IMG/VR virus record: IMGVR_UViG_3300028584_001240
Strand: one strand, 5' to 3'
From: a virus
Taxonomy: Duplodnaviria; Heunggongvirae; Uroviricota; Caudoviricetes
DNA length: 64,000 nucleotides
Below are positions 1-9,963 of this stretch, one piece after another; position 1 is the stretch's first letter; every line of letters starts with the position of its first letter. The position numbers and the translations under genes were made by a program. The notes under the pieces were generated by a model. That model was not told where the DNA came from and did not search any database. It saw nothing but the letters and a program-made list of their open reading frames with translations.

Positions 1-484
1 CATTTTTTCTCAAAATAATTTCGTTAATAATCTCATGATCACTGGTTTGCATATTCATCAAAACAGCACATTGTTGAATAACAGTATCAATTCTTGCAAT
101 AACATCTTCCTTTGAAACCTTACCCTTGTAAGAGCTGGTGGCAACCCCTGAATATTTTTGAATCGCTTCTGCGAAACGACCAACATAACCAGTCAAAGTA
201 ATGAATCCCATATGAATTTTTTCGATTTGATATGAACGCTTTTCACTAAAAGCATTAGCAATGATTGTATTTAAGATGTCAAAATCATCTGATAGATCAA
301 GATGAATAGACACGGCAACCAGTAAGGTGTCAATGGTTTCTTCAAGCATTTCTGAGCGGTCGTTAAGCACAATGGCTTCACCCAGTTCGCCCTGCTCTTC
401 TGTCAGTTTAGTATTTCGTTGAAACAACGTCTTTTTATCAAAAATCATTGAGTTTTTAACTAGCTTTTGTTGTAGATCAATCAT
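1..484 (-). CDS. MazG-like nucleoside triphosphate pyrophosphohydrolase domain protein, C-terminal part of gene (5' end outside window)
   Basis: Manual minus-strand translation from ATG (RC of 482-484): MIDLQQKLVKNSMIFDKK...LTEEQGELGEAIVLND...EETIDTLLV. The EExGELxEA ... EExxD pattern is typical of the MazG fold. GAGG SD sits 8 nt upstream. Not in ORF table because it is truncated by the window edge. Confidence 0.5.
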   Translation of the reverse strand, partial: MIDLQQKLVKNSMIFDKKTLFQRNTKLTEEQGELGEAIVLNDRSEMLEETIDTLLVAVSIHLDLSDDFDILNTIIANAFSEKRSYQIEKIHMGFITLTGYVGRFAEAIQKYSGVATSSYKGKVSKEDVIARIDTVIQQCAVLMNMQTSDHEIINEIILRKN

Positions 485-575
485 TATAATTCCTCTAAGT
501 TTGTCAATAATACTATATAAAAGCAGTATAGCAGACACCTATTTTTTTTTCAATTGTTTCCTTTGTCTAATTATC

Positions 576-866
576 TTAATGTAGACAAACAACACCTTCA
601 ATATGGCAATCACAGGTGCAAATTTCAATTTCTTTGCCATCAACAACCATTTTGTATTCAAAATAAAAGACAAGTGGTGGCATTTTCTTTAAAAATTGAA
701 AACGTCCTCTTTTCTGAGGTTGGTAAGATTTCTGCACACTAATAATAGGAACATCGTCATTGGCTTTATAACGCTTTTTATACGATTGTTGAAGTTTACC
801 TTCATCCAGTGTTCTATCCGGCTTTAAATACTGGTCGTAACAAAGCCTACAACATGCTGCTACCAT
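576..866 (-). CDS. small Cys-rich putative zinc-binding protein, paralog 1 of 4 (N-terminal ACCxxC; C-terminal CxCxCH...C.H)
   Basis: ORF table 96 aa, MVAACCRLCY...CTCDCHIEGVVCLH. Shares its Cys pattern with the next three ORFs. Confidence 0.55.
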   Translation of the reverse strand: MVAACCRLCYDQYLKPDRTLDEGKLQQSYKKRYKANDDVPIISVQKSYQPQKRGRFQFLKKMPPLVFYFEYKMVVDGKEIEICTCDCHIEGVVCLH

Positions 867-878
867 AATATTCTCCTA

Positions 879-1121
879 TTAATGCATACAATTAATGCCT
901 TCGACATGACAAGGACATGTGCAAAGGGATTGTTCTTTTTTACCATTGATAATATAAGTTCTTTCCAGTAACGGGAGATTGTCCCGAGTAAATGGATTCG
1001 TTTCTTGTCTAACTTCAATAACAGAACCTTTACCAAAAGCAGACTCAACAAATTGCTGACTAATCTCGCCATCGGCTTTAATATATTTTTTATAACAGTG
1101 GTCACAGCATGGCATTACCAT
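879..1121 (-). CDS. small Cys-rich putative zinc-binding protein, paralog 2
   Basis: 80 aa, MVMPCCDHCY...CTCPCHVEGINCMH. Confidence 0.55.
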   Translation of the reverse strand: MVMPCCDHCYKKYIKADGEISQQFVESAFGKGSVIEVRQETNPFTRDNLPLLERTYIINGKKEQSLCTCPCHVEGINCMH

Positions 1122-1143
1122 AATTTATTACTCCTAATTCTAT

Positions 1144-1395
1144 TTAATGCATAACACATAAGTTTGGGTCGTTCAGATGACAATCACAATCACATAACTT
1201 CGTTTCTTTACCATCATGAAGAACATACAAAACTTCCTGATCGGGAAGTTGTCGTCTGATTGAGCTAAATGGATGGGGTTCTTTTCGATATACAGTGGTT
1301 GCTTCCGAGCCAAAGTTCTTGGTTAGAAAAGACTTATTAACACTTTTATCCATTTCAATGTATCTGACTTCACTATATTGACAACATGCAAACAT
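1144..1395 (-). CDS. small Cys-rich putative zinc-binding protein, paralog 3
   Basis: Table ORF 1144..1449 overlaps the next gene. I chose internal Met MFACCQYSEV... as the likely true start because it matches the M-x-ACC N-termini of the paralogs. Ends CDCDCHLNDPNLCVMH. Confidence 0.45.
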   Translation of the reverse strand: MFACCQYSEVRYIEMDKSVNKSFLTKNFGSEATTVYRKEPHPFSSIRRQLPDQEVLYVLHDGKETKLCDCDCHLNDPNLCVMH

Positions 1396-1409
1396 GATAA
1401 TTCTCCAAT

Positions 1410-1664
1410 TTAATGCAAAACGTACAGTCCCATACCTTGAACATGGCATTCACAGGTACACAGTTTAATTTCTTCTTGCCCTTTAATCACATAGGTCACT
1501 TTAACATCTTTTAGTTTTCTTTCTGGTGTATTGTAGGGATTAGCTTCAATCCTGTGTTCAAAAGTGGCATTATCACCAAAATTTTCAACAAGAAACTCTT
1601 TTTTAATGCCACGATCTCCCATGATGTATGGGACATGTGCGTGTTTACAGCAAGCTTCACTCAT
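1410..1664 (-). CDS. small Cys-rich putative zinc-binding protein, paralog 4
   Basis: 84 aa, MSEACCKHAH...CTCECHVQGMGLYVLH. Confidence 0.55.
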   Translation of the reverse strand: MSEACCKHAHVPYIMGDRGIKKEFLVENFGDNATFEHRIEANPYNTPERKLKDVKVTYVIKGQEEIKLCTCECHVQGMGLYVLH

Positions 1665-1666
1665 AA

Positions 1667-2044
1667 TTATTTCACCTTATCTTTTAATAAAAATCCAAAA
1701 CTTAATACATACCTTGAACCACCTACAACTTTTGTCACTGAGTGTTTTGAGATGTCGGGTCTAAAAAACTTAATTCTAGGCCAATTAATGATACTGTTAT
1801 CAGCCACGAATTCACCACCAGAACGCGATTTTTTCAAAATAATATTTAAACGGTAATGTCTAAACCCTTCATCCACTTTGTCAACATGCTCAGGGATTTG
1901 AGATCCTTCTGGAAATTTAAGTAAATAGAGATCAAAAGGAATCGGCCACATAGATTCAAGCAAAGAAATCTTACTGTAACCAGAAGACTGCCGACCTTGT
2001 TTCCATGTAAACCTATCCGATAACTTCATTTTTAAAATCGCCAT
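1667..2044 (-). CDS. hypothetical protein; possible cupin or 2OG-Fe(II)-oxygenase-like small protein (HxD...H spacing)
   Basis: 125 aa ORF with IPEHVD...HYRLNI segment. Weak, pattern-only call. Confidence 0.3.
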   Translation of the reverse strand: MAILKMKLSDRFTWKQGRQSSGYSKISLLESMWPIPFDLYLLKFPEGSQIPEHVDKVDEGFRHYRLNIILKKSRSGGEFVADNSIINWPRIKFFRPDISKHSVTKVVGGSRYVLSFGFLLKDKVK

Positions 2045-2121
2045 AGTAAGAATCCATTTAAAAGTTAGGTCATATTATACATCAAAACAATACTCACTGT
2101 CAATTTAACAATTAATTAAAT

Positions 2122-2148
2122 AAAAAACCCGCACTAGGCGGGCTTTTT
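2122..2148. terminator. intrinsic terminator hairpin downstream of tyrS (cccgc-actag-gcggg flanked by A6 and T5)
   Basis: Sequence aaaaaacccgcactaggcgggcttttt read directly. Confidence 0.7.
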
Positions 2149-3408
2149 AATGAGTCGAAACTCTCGTTTACCACGTTGAAAGACAGCGAATTTACCAAAC
2201 TTGAAATCCGTAATTTCAAGAGCGTTCATATCATCCTCGCTGACTACCAACTTGTTACCGTTTACTTGAACCGCACCACTATGGATAAACTCTCGGCCTT
2301 GTCGTTTAGACTTAGCCAAACCAGTAGCGACCATCAAGTCAAGCACATTCAATGTTTCAGGAACAACAGCGACCATACCGTTCTTTTCAAGGTTGACAAA
2401 ATCATCTTCTTGCAAGCTATCAAAGTTGTTATCAAACAAAGCTTTGATGTTACGCAATACCGAATCAAGTGCTGCTTGACCATGAACAATAGCAGTTAAT
2501 TCCTCTGCCAAAAGCTGTTGAGCCATCGGTTTAGTGCGTTCTTTATCAGCTTCAAGGATAGCGTCAATTTCTTCAATAGACTTAAAGGACAGCATTTTGA
2601 AGAACTTCGGAATATCCGCATCGGCTACTTTCAACCAAAACTGGAAGAAATCAAAAGGGCTGGTCATTTCTGAAGATAACCAAACCGCACCGCTTTCACT
2701 TTTACCAAACTTCGTGCCATCCGCTTTGGTCAGCAAGGGAATGGTCAACCCAGTGGCTACGACATCATTACCTTCTTTACGATGGATAAGGTCAATACCA
2801 GCAGTGATGTTACCCCACTGATCGCTACCACCCAATTGAAGACGGCAATTTTTCTCTTTCATCAAGTGATGGAAGTCCATTGACTGCAGGAGCTGGTATG
2901 AGAACTCAGTAAAAGAAATACCTTGATCATCACGATCCAAGCGGCTACGTACCGAATCTTTACTCATCATAGCATTCACAGAGAAATGCTTACCCACATC
3001 ACGAAGGAAATCAATAACTGAAAGGTTAACAGTCCAATCATGGTTATCAACAAGTTCTACATCACCCAGAATATGTTTGATTTGACCAGCAATACCTGCT
3101 TTGAAACGATTAACGGTTTCCGCGTCATTCAAAGTACGTTCTTGTGCTTTAAAGCTAGGGTCACCAATCATGCCGGTAGCACCACCAATCAATGGGAACA
3201 CAGTATGGCCCGCTTTCTTAAAGCGAAGCATAGTAATCAATGGCAAAAGACTACCCACATGCAAAGACTCTGCTGTTGGGTCAAACCCGCAGTATAGGGA
3301 CAAGCCATTATCCATAAGGTCTGAAATTTTGCTTTCGTCTGTCATCTGAGAAACGAGGCCACGTTGTTTGAGTTCTTGAATAAATGCGTTCATAATATTT
3401 TTCTCCAC
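2134..3408 (-). CDS. tyrS: tyrosyl-tRNA synthetase, bacterial type with C-terminal S4 domain
   Basis: 424 aa. Class I HIGH-like motif (CGFDPTAESLHVGSL), KMSKS motif as KFGKSESG, and C-terminal S4-like KSKRQGREFIHSGAVQVNGNK. GGAG SD upstream of the ATG. Confidence 0.9.
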   Translation of the reverse strand: MEKNIMNAFIQELKQRGLVSQMTDESKISDLMDNGLSLYCGFDPTAESLHVGSLLPLITMLRFKKAGHTVFPLIGGATGMIGDPSFKAQERTLNDAETVNRFKAGIAGQIKHILGDVELVDNHDWTVNLSVIDFLRDVGKHFSVNAMMSKDSVRSRLDRDDQGISFTEFSYQLLQSMDFHHLMKEKNCRLQLGGSDQWGNITAGIDLIHRKEGNDVVATGLTIPLLTKADGTKFGKSESGAVWLSSEMTSPFDFFQFWLKVADADIPKFFKMLSFKSIEEIDAILEADKERTKPMAQQLLAEELTAIVHGQAALDSVLRNIKALFDNNFDSLQEDDFVNLEKNGMVAVVPETLNVLDLMVATGLAKSKRQGREFIHSGAVQVNGNKLVVSEDDMNALEITDFKFGKFAVFQRGKREFRLIKKPA

Positions 3409-3621
3409 GAAAATTTAATTGTGTTTGTGTATAGCTGATTTTTTAGTTAAATAGATAATGCCTCTAAAAGAAGCATAGAGCGGAGAAGTTCAATATCGAA
3501 CGGTGAAAGACTTTTGAAAGTGAAATGTTTTTGAAGCGTTCATGATGTAGTTCCTTTGATTGCGTTTCGTTTAATATGGCTATTCTATCAAAAAAACAAA
3601 AAGAAAGCAAGAAAATATTGC

Positions 3622-4251
3622 TTAATTATGTGATGGTTTCCATTGTTTCACTGGTTTTACTATGTCGGATTTAAAAATATCGTTACTACCTATTGTATAA
3701 TTGCTCATAATATCAAGCTTGAACAAATGACTATTATTTTTCAAAGTCTCGGAAGCAATTACATTGTAGACGGTCTTTTGATTTACAAATTCATTCTGGC
3801 TGATTTTATTCTTTTCGATGTTCTTTAATGTATCATTAGAAAGATAACTGCCAATTTCTTTCATGGATGAATGGAACTCATCAACGGTCTTGTTTTTACG
3901 ATGAGATAACATAGATTCTATCTGGTTGTCTGAAATCGCCAGATTGCTTGTATCAAGGGTTGGAAGGTCATTTTTCCACTCTGTTTCTATTTGTTTAATC
4001 TTTGGATAGAGATCAATAAAATCACGTCTTAAAACGACCACCTGTAAATCATTGTAATAGTTTTGAAAATAATTTTTAATATGATCACTTTTCGAATGTT
4101 GCATCAATTCATTGATAGTAAAAACTTGTTTCAATACGGCCAAATCATCCAAACCTTTCTGGTTAAGTGCGTTTAATTCTTTATCTTCTATGACATCAAG
4201 CATAACAACTACCATTTGTTTATTAATACAGTTTAACACAAAAATACACAA
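3622..4251 (-). CDS. hypothetical protein (true start may be an internal Met)
   Basis: 209 aa ORF with no recognisable motifs. Confidence 0.4.
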   Translation of the reverse strand: MCIFVLNCINKQMVVVMLDVIEDKELNALNQKGLDDLAVLKQVFTINELMQHSKSDHIKNYFQNYYNDLQVVVLRRDFIDLYPKIKQIETEWKNDLPTLDTSNLAISDNQIESMLSHRKNKTVDEFHSSMKEIGSYLSNDTLKNIEKNKISQNEFVNQKTVYNVIASETLKNNSHLFKLDIMSNYTIGSNDIFKSDIVKPVKQWKPSHN

Positions 4252-4285
4252 AAAAAAAGAGACATCGAAGTCTCTTAACTTTTTA
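4251..4285 (-). terminator. intrinsic terminator for gene 4299..4694 (gagac-atcgaa-gtctc + T9 on minus strand)
   Basis: RC reads aagagacttcgatgtctcttttttttt. Confidence 0.6.
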
Positions 4286-4298
4286 AACAGTCTTAGAA

Positions 4299-4694
4299 TT
4301 ATTGAGTAAGTGCTAATTCTACTATTTTGTAAAGGTTATCTACGCCACATTTTTCCAACATATCGATATCCACATTAAAAATATCAACCACTTCTTTTTC
4401 TACAGTTTTTGCCTGATAAATTAAGTCATCAAACATACTGAATACAAAGACTTTAAACACATCGCTTTCAATTGCACCCAAACCTGACCAGTGGTTGGCC
4501 GTTGTATCAACACCGGTTTCTTCTTTAAATTCACGAATCATGGCTTGAAGTGGTGTCTCATCCATTTCAATTTTTCCACCGGGGCCATTTAACAAACCAC
4601 GTTGCCATTCTGGGGTTAATTTGCGTATGAGCAATATTTTACGTTTGTCAGCACTGAAAGCTACGGCGAGAACATATTCTTTTTTATCTGTCAT
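4299..4694 (-). CDS. Nudix hydrolase
   Basis: 131 aa. Complete Nudix box GGKIEMDETPLQAMIREFKEETGV (Gx5Ex7REUxEExGU). Confidence 0.75.
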   Translation of the reverse strand: MTDKKEYVLAVAFSADKRKILLIRKLTPEWQRGLLNGPGGKIEMDETPLQAMIREFKEETGVDTTANHWSGLGAIESDVFKVFVFSMFDDLIYQAKTVEKEVVDIFNVDIDMLEKCGVDNLYKIVELALTQ

Positions 4695-4808
4695 AATAAT
4701 ACCCTTTTAGTTAAGTAATCTTTAAGAATACATCAAAAAATAAAAATTGAAAGAGTCGTTAAAAACATTTAAATTTAAATATATTATGATATAATAAGAA
4801 TAACAACT

Positions 4809-5885
4809 ATGTATTTTAATATGTATTTAAAAAGAGAATATATTGACGAAGCTGTCAAAAAAGATTTTTCAGAAAACCATCATGCAGAGTTCGCATGGGC
4901 GTATTACCAGAAAACTAAAGATGTTGAAAGTGTAGAACTCGCTATGGTGACCTTTGAACGTGATGAAAAAACACATAAGAGAGCTATTATCAAACAAAAG
5001 TATCTTTCAGATATTAACCAAAACAAATTGGGCGACAAATTTATTGACATTGGTGGAAATAAACCAAGATTAAGCAGCTCTTATTTAATCAATCCTAATT
5101 ATGACTACAAAGAAAATGAAATTACCAATATAGAATTAAAAACACTCAGCGAAGTTGAATTTAAAGAAATGTTTGGAACACTCAATACCATTAAATTAGA
5201 AGAAGCCAATGGATTGATGCAGAATTTTTGTAATCTAAAAGATCAAGGTGTTATCTATTCAAAAGAAGGTGAAGAATTCAGTTACAAAATTATTGAAAAC
5301 AGTGATATGACATTGGGTTCTTTATTGTTATTAGATGAATTGAGAGTATATAAGGACAATGTTCAAATAGGTTTTTTAAAGACTAAATACACTAATGATT
5401 CGATCATCAAAGAATTATTAGGACAAGATTATCAAGTACAAATCAATGACAATATGAGTGCTGATGAAAAGAAGGCATATTTAAAAGAAAAAGAAGTTGT
5501 ATTTACTGAAACTAATTATGACATCATCTTTAACATAAAAAAGAATGAATTAAAAGACCAGCTTAAGAAAATTCAAAGAGAATTGAAAATGTTTAATGAT
5601 GTTGCCACGATAGATTATTCAAAAATTAGTGATGAATTTAAGGGCAAAGGATTAGGCACACAAATATATTTAAAGATGGCTGAACATTACGATAATAAAA
5701 ATATTGTATTCAGAAGCTCTTCATTACAGTCTCCAAGTGCAAAAGGGTTATGGGAAAAGATGAAAAAAGAATATCCATCACAAATAGAAGAAATAAATAT
5801 AGCCGATCAAAACTATTACAAATTAAAAGGCAGCGGTCAGAAAGATAAAGTAACCCATAAAAGAAGAAACAAAAAGACTCTATGA
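4809..5885 (+). CDS. hypothetical Lys-rich protein
   Basis: 358 aa ORF. Upstream extended -10 (TGaTATAAT at 4787-4795). Hairpin with T-run at the 3' end. Confidence 0.5.
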   Translation: MYFNMYLKREYIDEAVKKDFSENHHAEFAWAYYQKTKDVESVELAMVTFERDEKTHKRAIIKQKYLSDINQNKLGDKFIDIGGNKPRLSSSYLINPNYDYKENEITNIELKTLSEVEFKEMFGTLNTIKLEEANGLMQNFCNLKDQGVIYSKEGEEFSYKIIENSDMTLGSLLLLDELRVYKDNVQIGFLKTKYTNDSIIKELLGQDYQVQINDNMSADEKKAYLKEKEVVFTETNYDIIFNIKKNELKDQLKKIQRELKMFNDVATIDYSKISDEFKGKGLGTQIYLKMAEHYDNKNIVFRSSSLQSPSAKGLWEKMKKEYPSQIEEINIADQNYYKLKGSGQKDKVTHKRRNKKTL

Positions 5886-5900
5886 AGAGTCTTTTTTTTA
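5871..5900. terminator. bidirectional intrinsic terminator between convergent genes (agactc-tatgaa-gagtct + T8)
   Basis: Read directly. Overlaps the stop codon of 4809..5885. Confidence 0.65.
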
Positions 5901-7892
5901 ACGATTAAATAATTTTGTTGCAATGTTTTTTAATAAGCTTTGTTTTTTAGAATCAGTATTAGCATCAATTTTTTCCTTTAACTCTTCTTTTAACGCCGGA
6001 TAACTTTTTAAATCATGTTTAATAATCTCTAATTGTAATATTTTAAACTCATCGTCATCATAAAGTTGATTATCATTTTTTAAGTGAGCGGCACTGTGAG
6101 AGCCGTCTTTATATAAGGTAATGCCAATAAGAGAATGATTATCAGCAGGCTCTTTGTTGAGATCATAAATGAAATATTGCTGACAGTCTTCTTTATAACT
6201 TTTAAAATGAACCTCATCTCGAACGATACACCAAGAAGTGCTACCAACCGCTGAGCTTTGTTGAAAGTTCTCTATTTTTAAAATAATCAGATTGTTATCA
6301 TTTTTAATCACTTCTGCATTAACAGACTTTGCTTTGTTAATAATGGCTTCTGTGTTAAATCCACTATTAATAGAATAAAGTTGTTTCAATGCTTTATTAA
6401 AGTCTTTACTGTTTTTGAAGGATGCTAGTTTTTTACCCAAGCTATCTTGTAATTCACTAGGTGGTATGTTTAAATCGTAGAGAAGTTCTAACGTCTTAAA
6501 AGCTTCTTCATCATAGAGATGTTGATACTTTTTACTGGATATACTGAGTCCGTATTGCTCTATTTTATGCTTACGAACAAAGGCATTCATTGAATCGTCT
6601 AACATTTCAAATAATGACTCATCTATTTCTTCAAGTAGATTATAGTCTTTTGATTTTAATATGGCTTCGTGTTCAAGATAGGTATCAGCAGCAATAAAAG
6701 CACGCTCACAATCATTGAAGTCTTCTTTTAACTTATTTACAAACATTTTAGCAATAGTAGGACTTTTTTTCAATCTATTAAACAATTCTTTTTGTATCAG
6801 CTTTTCAATTAGTGTATCTTTCAATTCTTTTGAATGAAGATCAACCCATTCACCTGTATTTTTTTTGATAGCTATACTGTTGTCATCAAAAATATTAATT
6901 TGACTGATATGTGAAGTTTTGTCATCAATTTTAATATCAACACGAATACGATTAACCGAATTCAAATCAGTATCAGCACGTTCCAATAACAGCAATTCAA
7001 CATTACTAGCGTTTTTAATAAAATTAACAAACTTATGGGCATAAGAATAAGTGAAATCAGCATTGTTTTTCATCAATTTATCAACAATGTCTTGTCGTAT
7101 TTTTTTGTATTCATTAATATGTTCGAAAATGTTGCTCTGCTTTATTAGATTATTCAAAAGGTTTTCTTGATTATAAAATTTTTCAAAAAATGAAAGGTTT
7201 CTCTTTAAATTGAAACAACTTTCTATGTAGGTTGATTTTTCTAAATCAGTTGGATTTCTTGATTTGAATATGTTTAAATCATAATCAACTTCTCTTAAAC
7301 TAATATCTATTTTCTCGATTTGACTTAAAATAGGTGTAATAACATCATCTGCTTTAATAGCGGCGAGTAGATCTTTAACTTTAAGATTTTGAGATGAAAG
7401 ATCGACACCTTCTAATTTAGCAATAGCTTCCCAACCTTTAAAATTAATCAATAAGTCATCATGGATAGACGAATGTGTTATTCTATGCAATGTTCTCATA
7501 ATTTCTCGAACAGAATATCTATATAAACTAGAACTAACCTGTTCAATATCATTAAAATCAGTATCAGTATGTAATTTTTTAAAGCCAATCATTTGTTGAG
7601 AGACTATATAATCACTAACACTCTGTTGATTATACAACCTATCAAGTGTAAAAAAATAATTATCAAATCGAGCATTATACTTATGCTCATTTTTACTATT
7701 GTATGTGCTATGAAATTGATTTCTTAATGTAAAATCTTCATAACTATCAAACTGATTGTCGTGGGCCGAACAAACACTTGTTATATCATCTCTTATTAAC
7801 ATAAATACATCGTGGTTTTTTATTATTATAACATATAATATAAAAAGTCTTAATCTATTTTTTACACTGAGTCGATTACATATTTTCTCCAA
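5898..7892 (-). CDS. large hypothetical protein (664 aa), paralog of 24585..26729 through shared C-terminal ~200 aa domain (SWCI...YFIYD...GITL...AAH)
   Basis: By eye: KKYQHLYDEEAFKTLELLYDLNI / SKYKHLYNAQSYKLFKELYDLGI, and LILKIENFQQSSAVGSTSWCIV / LILEISNFEQSKKLGSGSWCIS. Confidence 0.6.
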   Translation of the reverse strand: MEKICNRLSVKNRLRLFILYVIIIKNHDVFMLIRDDITSVCSAHDNQFDSYEDFTLRNQFHSTYNSKNEHKYNARFDNYFFTLDRLYNQQSVSDYIVSQQMIGFKKLHTDTDFNDIEQVSSSLYRYSVREIMRTLHRITHSSIHDDLLINFKGWEAIAKLEGVDLSSQNLKVKDLLAAIKADDVITPILSQIEKIDISLREVDYDLNIFKSRNPTDLEKSTYIESCFNLKRNLSFFEKFYNQENLLNNLIKQSNIFEHINEYKKIRQDIVDKLMKNNADFTYSYAHKFVNFIKNASNVELLLLERADTDLNSVNRIRVDIKIDDKTSHISQINIFDDNSIAIKKNTGEWVDLHSKELKDTLIEKLIQKELFNRLKKSPTIAKMFVNKLKEDFNDCERAFIAADTYLEHEAILKSKDYNLLEEIDESLFEMLDDSMNAFVRKHKIEQYGLSISSKKYQHLYDEEAFKTLELLYDLNIPPSELQDSLGKKLASFKNSKDFNKALKQLYSINSGFNTEAIINKAKSVNAEVIKNDNNLIILKIENFQQSSAVGSTSWCIVRDEVHFKSYKEDCQQYFIYDLNKEPADNHSLIGITLYKDGSHSAAHLKNDNQLYDDDEFKILQLEIIKHDLKSYPALKEELKEKIDANTDSKKQSLLKNIATKLFNR

Positions 7893-8574
7893 TATTATAC
7901 ATTTTCAACAACAGAAGTTCTCTTTTGGTTAATTTATTAAACTTTTTATCAAACAAAGACAAAGTGTGAGAGCTTAAATACTTTTCCAGCTCAGTTTTAA
8001 AACTCCTACTCAGGATAGAGCTGACATAGCGTTCACCTGTTAACGTTTTGGCATACAGCATCTGGTTATGCTGAAAGCAAACCGTTTCATCTTTTTTCGA
8101 AATAACAAAAGTGCTTTGATACTTGACAAAATGAGAACCAAACCGCAAAGCATTCAAATCTGAAAATTTGAACGATGAAGAATTCAAAACCTCAAAACCT
8201 TTAAAATAATAAGAAGCTCTGTCGAGATATATAAGGTTTTTCAACATCAAGCCTTCAGCACTTGGCGTGATGCCAGATAGCGTAATCTTATTAAGTGTTC
8301 GTCTGTTAATAAATCCAATTGGGATAAAAACGCCTAATTGTCCTCTGTTGTCATTGTAGTAACCAATAAAATATCTACGATCATTAAGTCCAATCAAATA
8401 AATATGACAATTATCTTCATCAAAATAGTATTTTAATTGAGGAAAAGCATATTTATTAACATGATTACCAATATCAAATCCACGAGTAAGATGCAGAAAA
8501 TCGGTGTCAGGTAATTCCGACATATCAGTTAAAAGAAGATCGTGAATCAGCGTTACATCAGGTTGTGTCATCAT
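7876..8574 (-). CDS. hypothetical protein (232 aa); near-terminal LLLLKMYNIGENM resembles the family tail with a 6-aa extension
   Basis: ORF table. Start overlaps the previous gene end. Confidence 0.45.
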   Translation of the reverse strand: MMTQPDVTLIHDLLLTDMSELPDTDFLHLTRGFDIGNHVNKYAFPQLKYYFDEDNCHIYLIGLNDRRYFIGYYNDNRGQLGVFIPIGFINRRTLNKITLSGITPSAEGLMLKNLIYLDRASYYFKGFEVLNSSSFKFSDLNALRFGSHFVKYQSTFVISKKDETVCFQHNQMLYAKTLTGERYVSSILSRSFKTELEKYLSSHTLSLFDKKFNKLTKRELLLLKMYNIGENM

Positions 8575-8627
8575 GAACCTCCAGATAAAAAAATATCTCC
8601 GAAGAGATATTTTAATTTGAAAACGTA

Positions 8628-9524
8628 TTAACGAATGCTTTCATTCGGGTGAGACATTGAAAAGAGTTTATCAATAGCCTTACCAATGGATGTTTCAAGA
8701 ACAGCGTCTAGACCGAACAAGCCAGCCAAACCACCACTTTTAGCCTTAACATCAGTATTCACCTGATACAGTTGGGCACCGTCTTTAAAAGCCTTCAAAA
8801 TAGCCGAGCGACTATCACCAATTTCATCAACAAGATGTTCCTTCAACACATCTTGTGCCATGTAAAAGTCACCTTCCATCAGCTTTTCAGGATTAATCAT
8901 AGGGCGATATTGCAATACATGGTTTTTGAACGCAGTGTGAATTTCAACCAGTTTTTGTTTGAAAATAGTTTCTTCGGCTTCACTTGGAAGTTTAGTAGGA
9001 ACCACAGAACGCTTATTGGTGCCTGCTGTGTAAACTCGAACATCAACACCGATTTTAGTCAGCACTTCTTCAAAGATAGGCACTTGCGAAACAACACCGA
9101 TAGAGCCAACAAAAGCAAACGGTTGAGCCACAATGCGATCACAGACCGAAGCCATCATATAACCACCACTGGCCGCGACTTCATCAACAAAACCAGTAAC
9201 CTTCAGACCGTGAGCACGAAGACGGTTGATTTGCTGAGCAGCATTCGCATAGGCGGTTACACTGCCACCGGGGCTTTTAATAATCATGTAGACAGCATCA
9301 CCACTTTTGGAGTTAAGGATAGTCATGTCCACATCACGTTCCAGTTTTTCAAACGCATTGCCTTTATCTTCGGCGTTAAAACGAAGAACAAAGATCTTAT
9401 TCAAATAAACGACATCTTTCGTTTTTGCTTTCAATTCACGTCGAACTTCACGACTCTCAATCTTTTTAATGAGTTCACGGTTCATATCTTTGATTTCTGT
9501 TTTAAAACGAATTTCTTTAGACAT
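8628..9524 (-). CDS. S49-family serine peptidase (SppA/SohB-like)
   Basis: 298 aa with a ClpP/crotonase-fold peptidase core (IIKSPGGSVTAYANAAQQI...VTGFVDEVAASGGYMMAS). Overall layout resembles SohB or short SppA. Confidence 0.7.
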   Translation of the reverse strand: MSKEIRFKTEIKDMNRELIKKIESREVRRELKAKTKDVVYLNKIFVLRFNAEDKGNAFEKLERDVDMTILNSKSGDAVYMIIKSPGGSVTAYANAAQQINRLRAHGLKVTGFVDEVAASGGYMMASVCDRIVAQPFAFVGSIGVVSQVPIFEEVLTKIGVDVRVYTAGTNKRSVVPTKLPSEAEETIFKQKLVEIHTAFKNHVLQYRPMINPEKLMEGDFYMAQDVLKEHLVDEIGDSRSAILKAFKDGAQLYQVNTDVKAKSGGLAGLFGLDAVLETSIGKAIDKLFSMSHPNESIR

Positions 9525-9601
9525 TTATTGCTCCTAGGCGTTATTAATGTGGGAATTATAATACATTTTTGAAACGTTGTAAAGGAATGATTTGTATCGA
9601 A

Positions 9602-9808
9602 TTATTTATGATAACGGGAAATTCTCGCAATCTCACCATCCATCCATTGAACAGCACTCAATTCTGGAAGAAGTTTATTCTCTGGTTCAAAGATAAAACG
9701 ACGAACACCACGAAGCAAACCATAACCATAGCTCAATTCAGAAACGATTTTGTAAAGGTTGCCACTGATTGAATACATCTTGCCGCAAATGAGAGGTTTA
9801 TGTTTCAT
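9602..9808 (-). CDS. small hypothetical protein (68 aa)
   Basis: AAGGAA SD upstream on the minus strand. The antisense 9569..9772 ORF is probably spurious. Confidence 0.35.
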   Translation of the reverse strand: MKHKPLICGKMYSISGNLYKIVSELSYGYGLLRGVRRFIFEPENKLLPELSAVQWMDGEIARISRYHK

Positions 9809-9917
9809 GGAGTTAATTCCTTGCTGGTCATTTAAGTAGGTCGCTATTGTATCAAAAATTTAATCACTAAGCAACTGAAATAGTATTAAAATAATCCTTT
9901 ACGGAAGTGTCATATTT

Positions 9918-9926
9918 TGTTATAAT
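9918..9926 (+). promoter_or_regulatory. candidate extended -10 promoter element TGtTATAAT for 9964 gene
   Basis: tgttataat read directly, about 40 nt upstream of SD aaggtgg and the ATG. Confidence 0.4.
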
Positions 9927-9963
9927 TTCCTTTAAATTTATTGATAATTATTGACAAGGTGGA

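Noticed and set aside
3409-3620. T-box riboswitch or Tyr-codon attenuator in the ~210-nt leader of tyrS
   Set aside because: Reverse complement lacks the conserved T-box sequence (AGGGTGGNACCGCG). The 17-aa leader ORF (MNASKTFHFQKSFTVRY) has only one Tyr codon and no convincing terminator or antiterminator pair.
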